Assembly (NCBI RefSeq): GCF_009834535.1
Contig: NC_045697.1
Location: 15,936,001-16,000,000 of the forward strand
Source of the DNA: Camelus ferus
Taxonomy: Eukaryota
Length of the DNA stretch: 64,000 nucleotides
Reading direction: 5' to 3'
Part shown: in pieces, positions 1 to 13,243 of the stretch
Position numbering within the stretch: position 1 is the stretch's first letter
Layout: every line of letters starts with the position of its first letter
The notes under the pieces: generated by a model
The model's database searches: none
What the model was told of the DNA's origin: nothing
Seen by the model: only the letters and a program-made list of their open reading frames with translations
Program-made: the position numbers and the translations under genes

Positions 1-518
1 CACAAGGCTGTTGTGAAAGATAAATAAGCTGATAGATGTAATGTGTTCAGAGCAGCTGGGCTCGAGGAGTGTGAGCTGTTATGTTTAACTTTCAAACTTG
101 CTCACTGTTTCTGGCTCCTGCAGAGGCTTCTGCTCTGGTAGCTTGGGATTCACTGTCTCTTCAGTTTTTGTCGTAGCATTTTCCCCTGGGGCCTCAGTCT
201 TTAACAGATCTAAGAAGAATTTTAATTATCAGTTTGCTTAGCTTTATTTTGGACCGGAGCAATGACTTGCAAGCTCCTTACATATTGGACTGGAAACTGG
301 AAGTTGCCATTATTTTTATAATCATTAGAATTGAAGGTTTCCAGCAGCCTAATCAGTACACAATTTATTAAACTAAACTGTGCAATACATTGTAGAGGTG
401 CAATACTGCAGGCAGGACTGTACTCCAAAGAAGCTCATGGTCTGGTTAGAGAACTTGGATAGAGACATGAAATAACAAACTACACCAGGTGAATTTTCCA
501 GATGTTAAGAGAGGAGAG

Positions 519-1161
519 TGTAAATCAATGAGGCTAGAACACTCCCTCACACCATACACAAAAACAAACTCAAAATGGCTTAAAGACTTAAACATAAGAC
601 AGGACACCATAAATATCCTAGAAGGAAACATAGGCAAAACATTCTCTAACATAATTGTAGCAATGTTTTTCCTAGGCCAAGCTCCCAAGGCAATAGAAAC
701 AAAACAAACAAATGGGACCTAATTGAACTTATAAGCCTTTGCACAGCAAAGGAAACCATAAACAAAACGAAAAGATAACCTACAGACTGGGAGAAAATAT
801 TTGTTAACGATGCGACTGACAAGGGCTTAACTTCCAGAATATACAAACAGCTCATACAACTCAGTAACAAAAAAAAAAAGCAATCTAGTCAAAAAATGGA
901 CAGAAGACTGAAACAGACATTTCTCCAGTGAAGACATACAGATGGCCAATAAGCACATGCGAAATGCTCAATATTGCTAATTATCAGAGAAATGCAAATC
1001 AAAACTAAGATTCTACATATAAATGATATCATATAATATTAGTATTTCTCTGACTTACTTGACTTAGTATAATAATCTCTAGATCCATCCATGTTGTTGC
1101 AAATGACATCATTTCATTCATTTTTATGGCTGAGTAGTATTCCTATATATATATATATATA

Positions 1162-1212
<51 letters not shown>

Positions 1213-1877
1213 CACATCTTCTTTATCCAGTCATCTGTTGTTGGACATTTAGTTTGCTTCCATGGCTTGGCTATTGTAAATAGTGCTGATATGAACATTG
1301 GGGTGAATATTTCTTTTTGAATTATAGTTTCCTCAGGATATATGCCTAGGAGTGGGATTACTGGATCATATATATGGTAAACCTATTTTTAGTTTTTTAA
1401 GGAATCTCCATACTGTTTTCCATAGTGGCTGCACCAAATTTTATTCCCACCAACAGTGTAGGAGGGTTCCCTTTTCTCCACACTCCCTCCAGCATTTATC
1501 ATTTGTGGACTTTTTAATGATGGCTATTCTAACTGGTGTGAGGTGATATCTCATTGTAGTTTTAAAAAAGTGACACAGATGAACTTATTTACAAAACAGA
1601 AACAGATTCACAGACATAGAAAACAAGTTTATGTTTACCAAAGGGGAAAGTGGTGGGGGGAGGGATAAATTAGTAGTTTGGAATTAACAGATACAAACTA
1701 CTGTATGTAAAAAATAAGCAACAAGATCCTGCTGTGTAGCAGAAGGAACTGTATTCAATAGCTTGTAATAACCTATAATGAAAAAGAATATCTATATGTG
1801 TATAGGTGAATCACTATGCTGTACACCAGAAACTAACACCACATTGTAAATCAACTGTACTTCAATTAAAAAAAAAA
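519..1877 (+). mobile_element. 5'-truncated LINE-1 (ORF2 C-terminus + 3'UTR + polyA) with an internal inverted segment at 1008-1563
   Basis: ORF2-like peptide [28 protein letters not shown]1 3'UTR ending in polyA at ~1877; TSD aagagaggagag (507-518) / aagaggggagag (1878-1889) preceded by tt (TT|AAGA endonuclease-type site). Confidence 0.95.
1144..1212. repeat. Compound (TA)n(TG)n(TA)n(CA)n microsatellite inside the L1
   Basis: Read directly from the sequence. Confidence 0.95.
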
Positions 1878-2324
1878 AAGAGGGGAGAGAACTCTAGGCT
1901 AGCTGAGGTGAGCAGATATGACTCTATGGGCAAGGAAAAATAATATAATATAAAAATAAGGTAATAAAAAAATATATGTAAAAATACAGAAGTAGAAAGC
2001 ATAAAGCTTGTTGGCAGTGGGAGGCAGCATTTAGACCAGAAGAGAGCGGGCAGGCTGGGACCAGAATGTGAAGATTCTCTAATGTTCTTTAAAAACATTC
2101 TGGTTTTCTCTTAGAGCAAGGTTGAAGATTTCTGGGCAGGATGGTGGTGCTTTAAAAGCAACAGGTAGAAAGATGGCATAGAATCAGGGATATAGGAACC
2201 AGATAGAAAGCTTTTTGTAGCAAAATTTAGTTGATGTGTTAAGACCTCTTGTTAGGTGGGAAATGCATATAGGAAGAGTTGAAGTATAATTATAATTAAT
2301 GTATCAAAAGTACTTAAGAACTGA

Positions 2325-2570
2325 AATTCAACATGGTCCCTTTGTTGAATCCTGGAACAGAAGAAAGGACATTAGTGGAAAAACTGGGACATCCAAATAG
2401 ATTCTTAAGTTTAATTAATAGTACTTTACCATTGTTAACTTCTTAGTTTTGATAAATACTCCATGGTTATGTAAGAAGTTACCCTTAGGGGAAGCTGGGC
2501 CAAGTATAGATGAAATGCTCTGGACTCCCTTTGTAACTCTTTTGAAGTATTCCCCCCTAAAAAGTTTTAA
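2325..2570 (+). mobile_element. Old L1M-type (L1MC-like) 3' end fragment
   Basis: gaatcctggaacagaagaaaggacattagtggaaaaactgg...ttaacttcttagttttgataa resembles old L1 3'UTRs. Confidence 0.6.
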
Positions 2571-3244
2571 AAATTGTGTATGGGAAGAGTCAATAATATA
2601 TTCAGAGAATATATGACATGTAGACATATATAATAATCTACATGTATGGAGACAAAAGAAAAAAAATAACCCATGTTAATGTCTCAATTTTTCCTTTTTT
2701 CTTTCTCTGGATTGTGGTATGACAGCTAGTTTTTTTTTCCTTCTTTATAATTTCTCCCAAATTTTCTTACTTAGTCTCTGTTTTATTTTATTATTAGAAA
2801 CTAATTTTAAAGACAAACTTCAGTGGCCAGGGTGAGTCATTGGGTGTTGGAGAAAAGACAGGTAAGTCAGCAGTAGCTCTGTAAGGAGACAATGTTTCAA
2901 CAGACAGAAATTGACAAGTACGCACATTACTCCATCTAGGTGATGCTTTAAACGCATCATGGCAACAAATACTCTTTAAGTACTTGTCACGCTTTTGAGA
3001 TATTTAAAAATTAATTGCTACCTCTGGTCTATAATCACCAATTTGTTATATCTCCATCAAACATGTTTTTTTGTTTGCCTTCTAGATGGCCCATGACTTG
3101 AGGTCTTATTCATCTTAATACTTCCAGTACTTAGCATGACATCTGCCATATCTAAGCAACTTATAAATGTGTAATAAATCACTGATGCAGTGGATGTTAG
3201 GTAGTCAAATTCTTATTTGCAATGGAAGCTTAAGATGTAGACAG

Positions 3245-3400
3245 ACTCATTTAATCCTTTATTATGAAGTAAATTCTACAATTATGACCCCCATTTTCCA
3301 GATGAGTAAACTGAGGCAGAGAGAAGATAAGTAACTTGTCTAAACCGTAGAGCTAGTAAGTAGTGGAGTCAGCGTGGCAACCCAGTCTGTTTCTAGACAT
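3245..3400 (-). mobile_element. MIR SINE
   Basis: MIR core in reverse: cccattttccagatgagtaaactgaggcagagagaagataagtaacttg. Confidence 0.85.
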
Positions 3401-3819
3401 CAAAATGCTACTTCATATTCTTTCTGATAAGGTTATGGCAGAGTCAAGCGTGGCACCCAGTTATTTTCAGTGACACATGATTTAGCAAAACCACATTTGA
3501 GCATAAGATCGTCTAGGTCTCTAAAGCTTCAGCTGATTTTCCATATTTCACAAAGTCATGGATGTGCAGTTTCTGTCTTTCCTAAGACTTCCATTGTCCA
3601 CAACAAACACCATTTTCTTTGCTTCTGCATTCATGCCGGCAGCTTTGTTTTTGAGTTTCTCTTCCAAGAAGTGGCACTGACCAAACAAAAATTATTCCCA
3701 TGATAAAAGTGCTTCATTTCTGGTCAGCAACAGCACAGATGTGGTTAACCACAGATGCGGTCAAGCACGTGACGTGGATAGTGTCAGATGCAGCTCGGGC
3801 GTTTATGGAACGTGCACCC

Positions 3820-3995
3820 TCCAGTGACTTCCTCAGGTCTCTGGGTTCTATTTCCCTCCTCTGTAAAGTGAGAATTAAAATAAAACTACCTCCTTTATAG
3901 GACTGGAGTAAGAATTTAAATTAGATGATATGTGTAAGATAACTTAGAACACTCTCCACTCAGTGGTAAATACCATGTCCATTATGTGGCAGCTA
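3820..3995 (+). mobile_element. MIR SINE
   Basis: tttccctcctctgtaaagtgagaatt...tgtgtaagataacttagaac matches the MIR core and 3' part. Confidence 0.7.
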
Positions 3996-6109
3996 TCGCT
4001 ATTTTTTTTCTGTTAATAGTAGTGTGAAGACTCTAAAATCAGGGAAATAATGTCAGGCAATCACCTCTTGTTGCAGCCTATCTTGCTTCCTTATTCCTTT
4101 CACTTGTACTGAAGCAGTGGTTCGGTGAAGGGCACCCACTGGCAGCTCTAAGAAAGCAGCTCATCCTTCTGGCAGTGGACTGTATTCTTCCCTGGGCTAG
4201 AGTTTCAATCAGTGCTCAATTCCTCCTTTTCTTTCCCAGATCCACCCTGCCCTGGGGATGGGGGACTGCCTTCCAGAAGAGTCACTTGCCTTCTTAAAGC
4301 TGATGTCTGCTGAGTGATTTAGGAGTGTCCTGCTTAACACAGGATTCTGTGCTGGGCTCCATGTGCCTTTTGTGGGTTCAGATTCCAAGTCAGGCAGAAC
4401 CAAAAACATTTTATTTACTACTAGCATGGCAACAAAGAAGACCTGTGTAGAAATAACACCGTGTTTTCCATTGTCTCTCTTTTTTTTTTTTCCCTCTACG
4501 TGAATGACAATACACGGTTCTTATTACTTTAATAGACCATAAATTGATTTGCATGCAAGATGGAACTAGTGAAATGGTTTGGCTGAGAAGGAAAATTTTG
4601 TTCTCTTCTCCGTGTTTCATTTTTACAGTAGAATGTGCTCTGAAAACCTTCCAGATCCTCTACCTTCCAATCACACTGTCTATTATAATTCTGCCCGATG
4701 GCAAACTTCTCCTTATTGACTCTAAATTACATTTAATCCTGTTAGGATCACTTTTTATTGAAAGGCATGTGTTCTGATGGCATTGATGGGAGTCCAGAAG
4801 CCAAGATGCCCAGCCAGAGGAAAATAAACTCTTGGAGTTTTCTAATGCTTGTCATTTTCATGCTGGGCCCAGCTGTGTAGCCTCTTGAAGGATGCAGAGG
4901 ATTGGGGTTTTCGATGCAGAAAACAGTGGGCTCCCGGATGGTGTGGAAAGCTCTCCACCACAAGAAAATAATCTTTTGAGTCCAGTGGACTGAGAACTAA
5001 AGGCCATTTTGAGCTAAGATAGTATAATTCTATTAGTGAAAGACCCTTGCGGGGGGAAATTGCCTGTGCTAAAATCTGTGCGCAAATTAAAATAGCAGGG
5101 CTAAGGGGGGAAATATCTCTATAAAAGGCTTTATGACTTTAGTGATAATGATATCCTTGTCACATTAGGATCTGGGGACCTAAAGATATAGGAATTTTTT
5201 ACATAGCATATGTGTCTTCTTTACTGAACTTCAGACTGCGCAATACATCTGTTCTTGGGTGCTTATTTGATGAATTTGAATGCTGTGCCGAAGCATACTT
5301 TTGTTCTTATCAAGGAAAAGGAGAAAGTAGGGACTGAATATCATTGCTGTGTGTTGACACCTTGTGGGATTGATGTCATCCAAAGGCCCCATTTTGGCTA
5401 AATGTATTGCATGTGGAAGTTCCCTGTAATTTACACGGGGTATTTTTTTTGGCAACAAATTCTCTTAATATTGCTGTTTTGATATGGCTTGTAAAATGTA
5501 TTTAAATGTACGCCTTGGTTTGGAATAGATTCATTAGGAAGGGATGAATTGAGGGGGAAAAAAGCCGTCAGCACAAATGCTGTTCATTTTCCCGGGTGAC
5601 AGACATCAAGAGTCCCAAGGACTGTAACAGTTGAATAGCCGACTGCATGTATCACGGCGCTATCTGCACAGCGGGCCCTCCTCACTGACTGGACAGCAGC
5701 TGCAAATTTAAAGCTTATGCTACATTTCCCTAATTCCGTGACAAAGACAACGTGAGCAACGGGCTGTCACGTATTTGAAAATAGTGCCGTGTAAGTAAAT
5801 AAAGACACAGGTTCATAATTCTATAAAAGGATGAGGGCAACATTTATTCTGCAATTAAGCAATAATGAAACAGACAATTCTTGGATCTCTAACAATGGAC
5901 GAGACAGTTTAGAACCAGCACATCTCTTTCCTAAACTATAGTAAAATTAAGATAGGAACCAACTGGTTTTATTTCCTCCTAGCCTTCTTCCCTCATTCTC
6001 TCTCCCTTCCTCCTCTCTACCCACCTCTTTTCCTTCCCCACTCCTTCCCTCTCAGTCATTTTGTCTTTTCTGCCTGATTCTCTTCTTCCTGTTCCATCTG
6101 CTCACTCTC

Positions 6110-6215
6110 TTATCCTTTCATCAGCCATTTATTAAGAACCTGTCTTACCTCAGGCATTGTAGGACCACATTGTGACCAAGACAGATACAGATTTGGTCCT
6201 CAGGAAACTCACAAG
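6110..6215 (-). mobile_element. L2 3' end fragment
   Basis: cagccatttattaagaacct...aagacagatacagatttggtcctcaggaaactcaca is L2 tail in reverse. Confidence 0.6.
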
Positions 6216-7154
6216 TTATGTGGACCTGGTGCTGAATGACCCAAACGAAGACCAACTCATGTGTTGGGCACCAGCAAAGCAGCCACCCTCCTCCTCTCTA
6301 TTAAAAATTAAGCTTAGTAGGTGGTATTTAGAGTAAAGTCTGAAAGCAGTCATGCTGGGAAATAAAACTTTGCTGGACATATTAAACTTCTTTCAAAGTT
6401 TTAATTCTTTTCTTAATTTGAAAATCCATATGGTGTTGGAGGAGACACCATTATCCTGTCAGAGCTCAGGGCCTCTAAAAGTCTTACTAGGGAACATGTG
6501 GGGAACAAGTAATTAGACAGTGACATTGAACAAGTAATTAGAAGTGTGATGAGCACAGGAAAGGAGAAACACAAAGTGTTCCAGCACATATGATGGGGGC
6601 CTCACCTCCCTTCTTTTTGCTTGATGAAATCTAAGACATGTACATTTTAAACTACAGTGGAATAAAGCCCTTGAAAGGGCTTGTGTGTACAGAGTGTCTG
6701 AAGTGGGCAAGGGGTGGGAGAAGTAACCACTCCTGACTGCCTGTGAATTGAATAAAAACACAGTCTGGGCAGACTGAGAAGGAATTGAAGACCCTGGAGA
6801 AAGGATTTGCATAGGTAGGATAAAGGTTTTTTCACTTTGACAAAATGGAATAATTGGATGATCTCGATGTCAAGAAACAAATTCTTTATTTGCAAATGGT
6901 AGGGATAATGGGAAGAGAAGCTACAAGTAACCACCATGTCACCTGCACTGTATGGATAAGCTTTAGACACTCTGCTCCTTGTGGCTTTGAGATCTTCTGG
7001 AGGCTTAACATAAAGGCTGTTGATATACGGATTAATTCCTGGGATGGTTTCATGATACCATAAGTAGGAACATACTGTGTGGTCCTTAAGTAGTATGATG
7101 GAAAATTGTATGGCAATCATAGTATTACGTAGGCTACGATGTTTAGCATATGCC

Positions 7155-7280
7155 AGTAGGCATCAGTTTCACCTAGAGGTCTTGTTAAAACGTGGATTGC
7201 TGGGCCCCATCCCTGAATCCAGCACTTCTAGAGAGAGGCCTGAGAATCTGCATTTCTCAAGAATTGCCAGATGCTGCCTG
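7155..7280. mobile_element. MER5-type hAT-Charlie MITE fragment
   Basis: ttgttaaaacgtggattgctgggccccatccc...ggcctgagaatctgcatttct is the typical MER5A internal palindrome. Confidence 0.75.
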
Positions 7281-8779
7281 CTTCAAGAGGCCTCGGTGTT
7301 TGCCAGCAAGCCAGTGAATTGACTAATTAGTGGGGGTGAGGTGGAAAGAGTGTTAGCCTAAGGTTCAGAAGACCAGGCAGAGCTCTTAGTGCTGCTGTTT
7401 AAATGCCTTGATCATCTCAGTCTTGGCATTGAACTTCTGTAAGTTTCTCCCCTCATTGTAGAAAGCATGTTCTTAGAACAAATCAAATTATAGATCTGAA
7501 AGCATTTTGTAAACCGAAAAAAAAAAAAAAAACACAAACTCCCTGAGATGTAAAACTTCTTAGCTCTCATTATGATCATCTCCATCTAGCGTGTCCAATG
7601 AACAGACACGCAAAGATTAGGAAAGTCACCCCAGCATGTGGAGAGACTAAACCTCTGACCCCAATAATCATGCGGGTCACAGAAAGATGCAGTGCAGACT
7701 ATTGATAGGGTACAAATCAGACGTTACAGAAAAGTTGGGTGAGAATAATTCTGTGGTGTTTCTAGAAGTTCCTGTTTTTGGTTCATTTGGCAAACTTTCA
7801 TTTTTTTGGGAGCTGCCAGTTTTCTCTGTTAGATCCAGTTCTGGGTGGATGGATGAAGCTTGTTGGCCAAGAGTGGCTGTACCTCCTTCAAGAGTAATAG
7901 AGTCAGGAAAGAATGTTATAGTTTAAGTATTTAATGCTGTGAAAAACAAAACAGAAACAGACAACAGACAAGGTATTTTGGCTGTATGAGGCAACCTATC
8001 TCTGTTAGTTGAAGAATCCCAATTGTCATTTTTTATTTTCTGGCATGTTTACCCACTGTACAGTTCCTATGATTCAAATTTATTAAGGCTTAAAAAGTTA
8101 GACCTTAAATAAAAAGCCTTTCTATGCCCATACGATAAAACCGAGGCTCCATATTACACAGATTGTCAACCTCCTAAGATGCTTTATCTTTCCTCTCAGC
8201 TGAGCTCTGCCAGTGTGAGCTGGTCCAAGGGAAATAGACGATTCTGAACCCTGGTGAAAATTTGAACACCAGTGTGTCCTCGAAGCATGTGCTGGGAGCA
8301 CAGCAAAATTGAGAATCCCCTCCCTAGGGTATCCAGAAATCCTTTATTTGGCCGTTAAACTGTTCATAGAACTTATCACTTTCAAGTGGTGACAGAAAAT
8401 CATTGAGAAAGGTCCTTCCTGTCCAGCAATGACAAAGCAAACATCCCTGAGTATCAGTTGTCCTGGTGGTGGTGCTTCTGAGCCCTGGGTACATGTAAAG
8501 TGGGTTGCCAGGCAGCCCTGAAGGTTTTATTTGAAATATGGCTTCCCCTCAAGTTTTAGGGGTACGTGTTTACTTGAGTTTTAGTAATTATAGCTGGACT
8601 AATTCCTGTAGGAGGCTCAATTTTCGTTCTATAACACTTCTACGGGAGAATAACAGATAAATGAAGAAGACATACTAAAGAGTCCAGGACTGAAGGACTA
8701 GCAGGAGATCACTGAGGGCACGCCTTAGCTCTCAGAGAAGCAAAGCATCAGCAGCTGACAGATGCAAATAAGTCCAAGT

Positions 8780-9465
8780 TAACAGCCCAGACTCCAGAGT
8801 CAGACAGGCAGGGTTGAATTCCTTGTTGCACACTCTCTGTTTCTCGGTCCTTGGGCAAACTCATCTTTTAGAACCTCAGTTTCCTCATTTACAAAATGAG
8901 CTTAAAATATTTCCTCCTAGATGTGGTATCTATACACAATGGAATACTATTCAGCCATAAAAAGAATGGAATAATACCATTTGCAGCAATGTGGGTGGAC
9001 TTAGAGATCACCATACCAAATGAAGTAAGTCAGAAAGAGAAAGGCAAAGACCATTTGATAGCACTTATATGCAGAATCTAAAATACAACACAAATGAACT
9101 TATTTACAAAATGGAAACAGAAACTGACTCACAGACATAGAAAACAAACTTATAGTTACCAAAGGGGAAAAGAGGGTGAGGGAAGGATAAATTAAGAGTT
9201 TGGGATTAGCAGATACAAACTACTATATATAAAATAGATAAACAACAAGGTCCTACTGCATAGCACAGGGAACCATATTCAATACCCTGTAATAAACCAT
9301 AATGGAAAAGCATATGAAAAAGAATACACATGTGTATAACTGAATCACTATGCTGTACACCAGAAAGTAACACAACATTACAAGTTAACTATACTTCAGT
9401 TAAAAAAAAAAAACCCTTATTTCCTTCCTCACAGATGTATGGTGAACATTACATGAGAGAATGCT
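8780..9465 (+). mobile_element. MIR SINE split by an L1 insertion
   Basis: gactccagagtcagac...ccttgggcaa...cctcagtttcctcatttacaaaatg before the L1; cctcacagatgtatggtgaacattacatgaga after it. Confidence 0.8.
8919..9413 (+). mobile_element. LINE-1 3' end (end of ORF2, 3'UTR, polyA)
   Basis: atggaatactattcagccataaaaaagaatg...ccatttgcagcaatgtgg; polyA 9402-9413; degenerate TSD tatttcct. Confidence 0.93.
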
Positions 9466-11352
9466 AATCCCAGCTAGGTTCCCTTAGGGAAAAAAATAAA
9501 GACTCGATCCTTTTATTTAAAAGATACTGTATTCAGCAACTACTATATGCTGGGCAGTGGGGATGTCTTTCTCCAGTAAGTTACCTCACCCTATTGTGAT
9601 TAGTTTCATGCTGACAATACAGTTAACACTTAAATATACTTCCTGAATTAACTGAAAGAAATTTCCCTATTTTGCTCCTTGAAAGAAATGGTGTAGCTTG
9701 GGTCAACTGCTTTGTTCACCTCTCACACCCTCCTTAAAATATGTGGGACTTTTGATTTGGACATTCTATTATTAAAAAGATGAAATGGTAAAATGTCTTC
9801 CCAGGTCTTCCATGTCAAAATTTTTCCTGGGGACATGCTTGATTAAGACTTGACACAAGGGAAGTTTTATTTTATACAGGATGAAATATATGCAAAAGAC
9901 CATGACCATGTTACCATCATAGTTTGTATTCTTGAAGTTTGGATCTAATTTTTGATTTAGGCACTTTGCCCCCACTGAAATATTATATGTTATAATGTAG
10001 CAGCTAATAAGATCTGATACAGTGACTTTAAATTGAATTTCATTAAAAAAAATAAGAGCATAAAATGTCTTCCTAATAGTCTTAATTAGGGAAAATGGAA
10101 GATCATAGTATTTCTATATTAATGCACCAACTTAGATAATTGGGATAATGTGAAATGCACGGTGAGAAAAATAGGAAGTTTGGAAGCCAAGGGAAAAATA
10201 ACCCACCACTTTCCAGTTTCTAGTATTTTTCTTTTTGGACCAAGGATGCTCACCAGATGTCGAACATAATTTCTTAAAGTAATTATTCTCTTTCGCGTGG
10301 ACAAGTCAGTATTGTCCTACTGCAGCCCGTGTTTTGTAGTGACTACTTCCCTGGGAAAGGCATTGTTCCAAACCCACTGCTTCGTAAAACTGCCACTTGT
10401 CCTCCTGATTAGGGCATTGTATGAAAACAGTGCATTCATTGCAGGGTTCTCACTAATCTCTCTCCTTTCATCCAGAGCCTCCCAGTTTGTCAGAGAGCTC
10501 TGCCTTTGCATTTTTAATTGAATGCTCCTAAAAGTTGATATTCATGTATTCTGCTTGCCTGAAATCTCTGTTCATACCTCACTGCGAAGGCCTTATCTGT
10601 CTCTTTTATATTTCAGTCTGGTTGGGGAGTGAAATTAGTCCGGATTCCCTAATTGGAAGCCACATGGGGCATCCGCATGATGATAACCATACCCAGAACT
10701 CAATCTACCCGGCACTCCGAAACAGAAGGTCGCCATTTTGTTAAACCATAGAAAATGCTACTGGGCATTTTACAGAATTGTCAATCAGGACAGAATGGAC
10801 ACTAATTGCTTTTCCCACAGCTGTTAACATTCCTCATCAGTGGCCAAGCAACCCTTAAGACAGGAACAAACTTTCTTAGGCATGTGAAAATCTCCTACAA
10901 ACCTAAGTCTAGGTTTCCAAGGTGACATCTGTGAAGAGCTGTCTAATGACTGACATGAATGAAGAGCTAATATTTCTGAGCAAATAAAGTACTTTAGATG
11001 GAACAATCTGATCCTATTGAAAGGACTTAGTGGTCAGAAAAATAAAATTCTATGTTTATAATTTTGGGGAGTATTTGTGTTAGTATGATATTATATGTTA
11101 CTTTACACAGTGCTCTCCAAAGTAGACATAAAATGTGGGCATATCAAGGGATGGATAAACAAAGCTAGTATGGTCCAGACCCATCACAAGTTATTAAAAC
11201 ATCCTCCCATATTTTTTTCTATCTAAAAATTAGGAAATAATGTAAGCTTACTAGTATTGAAAGTAAAAATTTGCAGTAGTAGGTGTTCATAATTCATGAG
11301 TAAAAAGACATATATTGGGACTGCATGCTCTGAAAACTTTTACTAATGGGAG

Positions 11353-11969
11353 TGTATGCTAGTTATCTATTGCTGGGTAACAGTTATCCCAGAACATAAC
11401 ATCTTAAAACAGCAAACATTATCTCACAGGTTTTATGGGTCAGGAATCTGGGTGTAATTTCGCTGGCTGTCTCTAGCTCAAAGTCTCTTATAAATTTGAA
11501 ATAAAGCTGTTGGCCAGGGCTGTGGTCACATTTGAAGGCTCAACTAGAGGAGAATCTGTTTCAAGCTCATTCACCTGGTTATTGGTAAAATTCAGTCCCT
11601 TGAAGACTGTTGGACTGAAGGTCTTAGTCCTTTACTGGTTATTAGCTGGAAACCTTTCTCTCTTCTCGCCGCTTTATAGGGTAGCTTGCAATGTGGTAGC
11701 TGCCTTTCCTCAGGGCAGCTGAATGAGAGACGGAGAGACCGTATCCAAATCAGAAGCCAAAGTCTTCAGAACTTAATCTTAGAAGAGGCATTCCATCATT
11801 TTGCCATATGCTATTCAGCAAAATAGAATAGCAGCAAGTCTGTTCAGTAGAATAGAGTAGAAGTGAGTTGCTGAATCTAGCCTCTTCTCAAAGGCAAGGC
11901 ATTATACCAGGACTTGAATTTCCAGGATGTAGGGCTCTTTGGGGGCTACCTTAGAGACTGCTTACCACA
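11353..11969 (-). mobile_element. MaLR solo LTR (MLT1E/F-like)
   Basis: tagttatctattgctgggtaaca...tctcacaggttttatgggtcaggaatctggg...gactgcttaccaca. Confidence 0.85.
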
Positions 11970-12010
11970 GAGCACATGATCAAAAGGTCTGGAGACAACT
12001 TCTTTAGAAC

Positions 12011-12210
12011 ACAGGTTTACAGACCCCTTTGTAAAAGTCTAGAATGTAAATATTTTAGGTTGGGTGGGCCACATATGATCACTGTGCATATTTTTCTTCT
12101 TATTTTTTTCAGTCTTAAAAAACACAAAAGACATTCTTAGCTTGAGGGCCATACAAAATTAGGCCATGGGGCAGATTTTTCCTTCCAACCACTATTTGCT
12201 CACACATGCT
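12011..12210. mobile_element. MER58-like hAT-Charlie MITE
   Basis: gtaaatattttaggttgggtgggccacatatg and cattcttagcttgagggccatacaaaa. Confidence 0.7.
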
Positions 12211-12699
12211 GTCGTAGACTGTAAGGCGGATTTCAGCTCAAAACTCAAAAGATTTCTAACAAATAAGGCTATCCAATGATAGAACAAATTTTCTCAAAAA
12301 AATGGGACAAATCCCTTATGCACTGAATTCTTTAGGCAGAGTTACAAAGTTGTCTCTCACTGGATTAAAAGTGGTCAGAATTAAGGGGAAAAGCAAGGAA
12401 AATGGACCAGCTGAGCCCTTTTCCAAAGTCAGAATACTAGTTTCACAATGAAAGTGCCTGCTGGATAAATAAGGTTGGAAATGCTATGTGCTATATCTAA
12501 TTTTGAGAGAAACACAGAATTTTAGCACATCAAACTCTCTGGGAAATAAATAAATTTGTTTGATTCTGTTCTCTCCAAAATTATTTGATCAAGTATTCTC
12601 TCACCTCCTTTAACTTTAATAACATCCATTACTTTCACTCCATGGAACAAATGTAGGAAACATTAGATTCAATGACAAGATCTCCTCCAACTTTTCCAT

Positions 12700-13243
12700 T
12701 TTATTTTTAATTTGAATTTTTTCTTTATTTTTTTATTGAAGTATAGTTGATGTGCAATATTATATGTTACAGTGTATAACAGAGTAAGTCACAATTTTTT
12801 CCAGGTTATACCCCATTTATAGTTACTATAAACTGTTGACTATTATAAGTAAAGATTGTACAATATATACTTATAGCTTATTTTATGCCTAATAGTTTGT
12901 ATCTCTTAATCCTCAGCCCCTACATTGTTCCTCCCCCACTTCCCTCTCCCCACTGGTAACCTCTAGTTTGTTCTCTAGATCTGTGAGTCTGTTTCTTTTT
13001 TGTTATATCCACGAGTTTGTTGATGTTTTAGATTCCACATATAAGTGATATCACACAATATCTGTCTTTGGCTGTCTGACTTATTTCACTTAGCAAACTG
13101 TTCTCTAAGTCTATCCACGTTGCTGCAAATGGCAAAGTGTCATTCTTTCTTATGGCTGAGTAGTATTCCACTATGTATATTATATATCACATGCTCTTTA
13201 TCCATGCATCTGTTGATGGACATTCAGGTTGCTCCCATATCTT
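12700..13243 (-). mobile_element. LINE-1 3' end
   Basis: T-rich tail then tttattgaagtatagttgat...tagattccacatataagtgatatc...tggctgagtagtattcca. Confidence 0.93.

Noticed and set aside
6503..6542. 15-bp direct repeat gaacaagtaattaga with a 10-bp spacer (CRISPR-like at a glance)
   Set aside because: Only two copies, in L2-like mammalian DNA; a simple local duplication
6647..7120. Longest ORF in the window (157 aa)
   Set aside because: No recognisable domain or convincing splice context; length is compatible with chance in 64 kb
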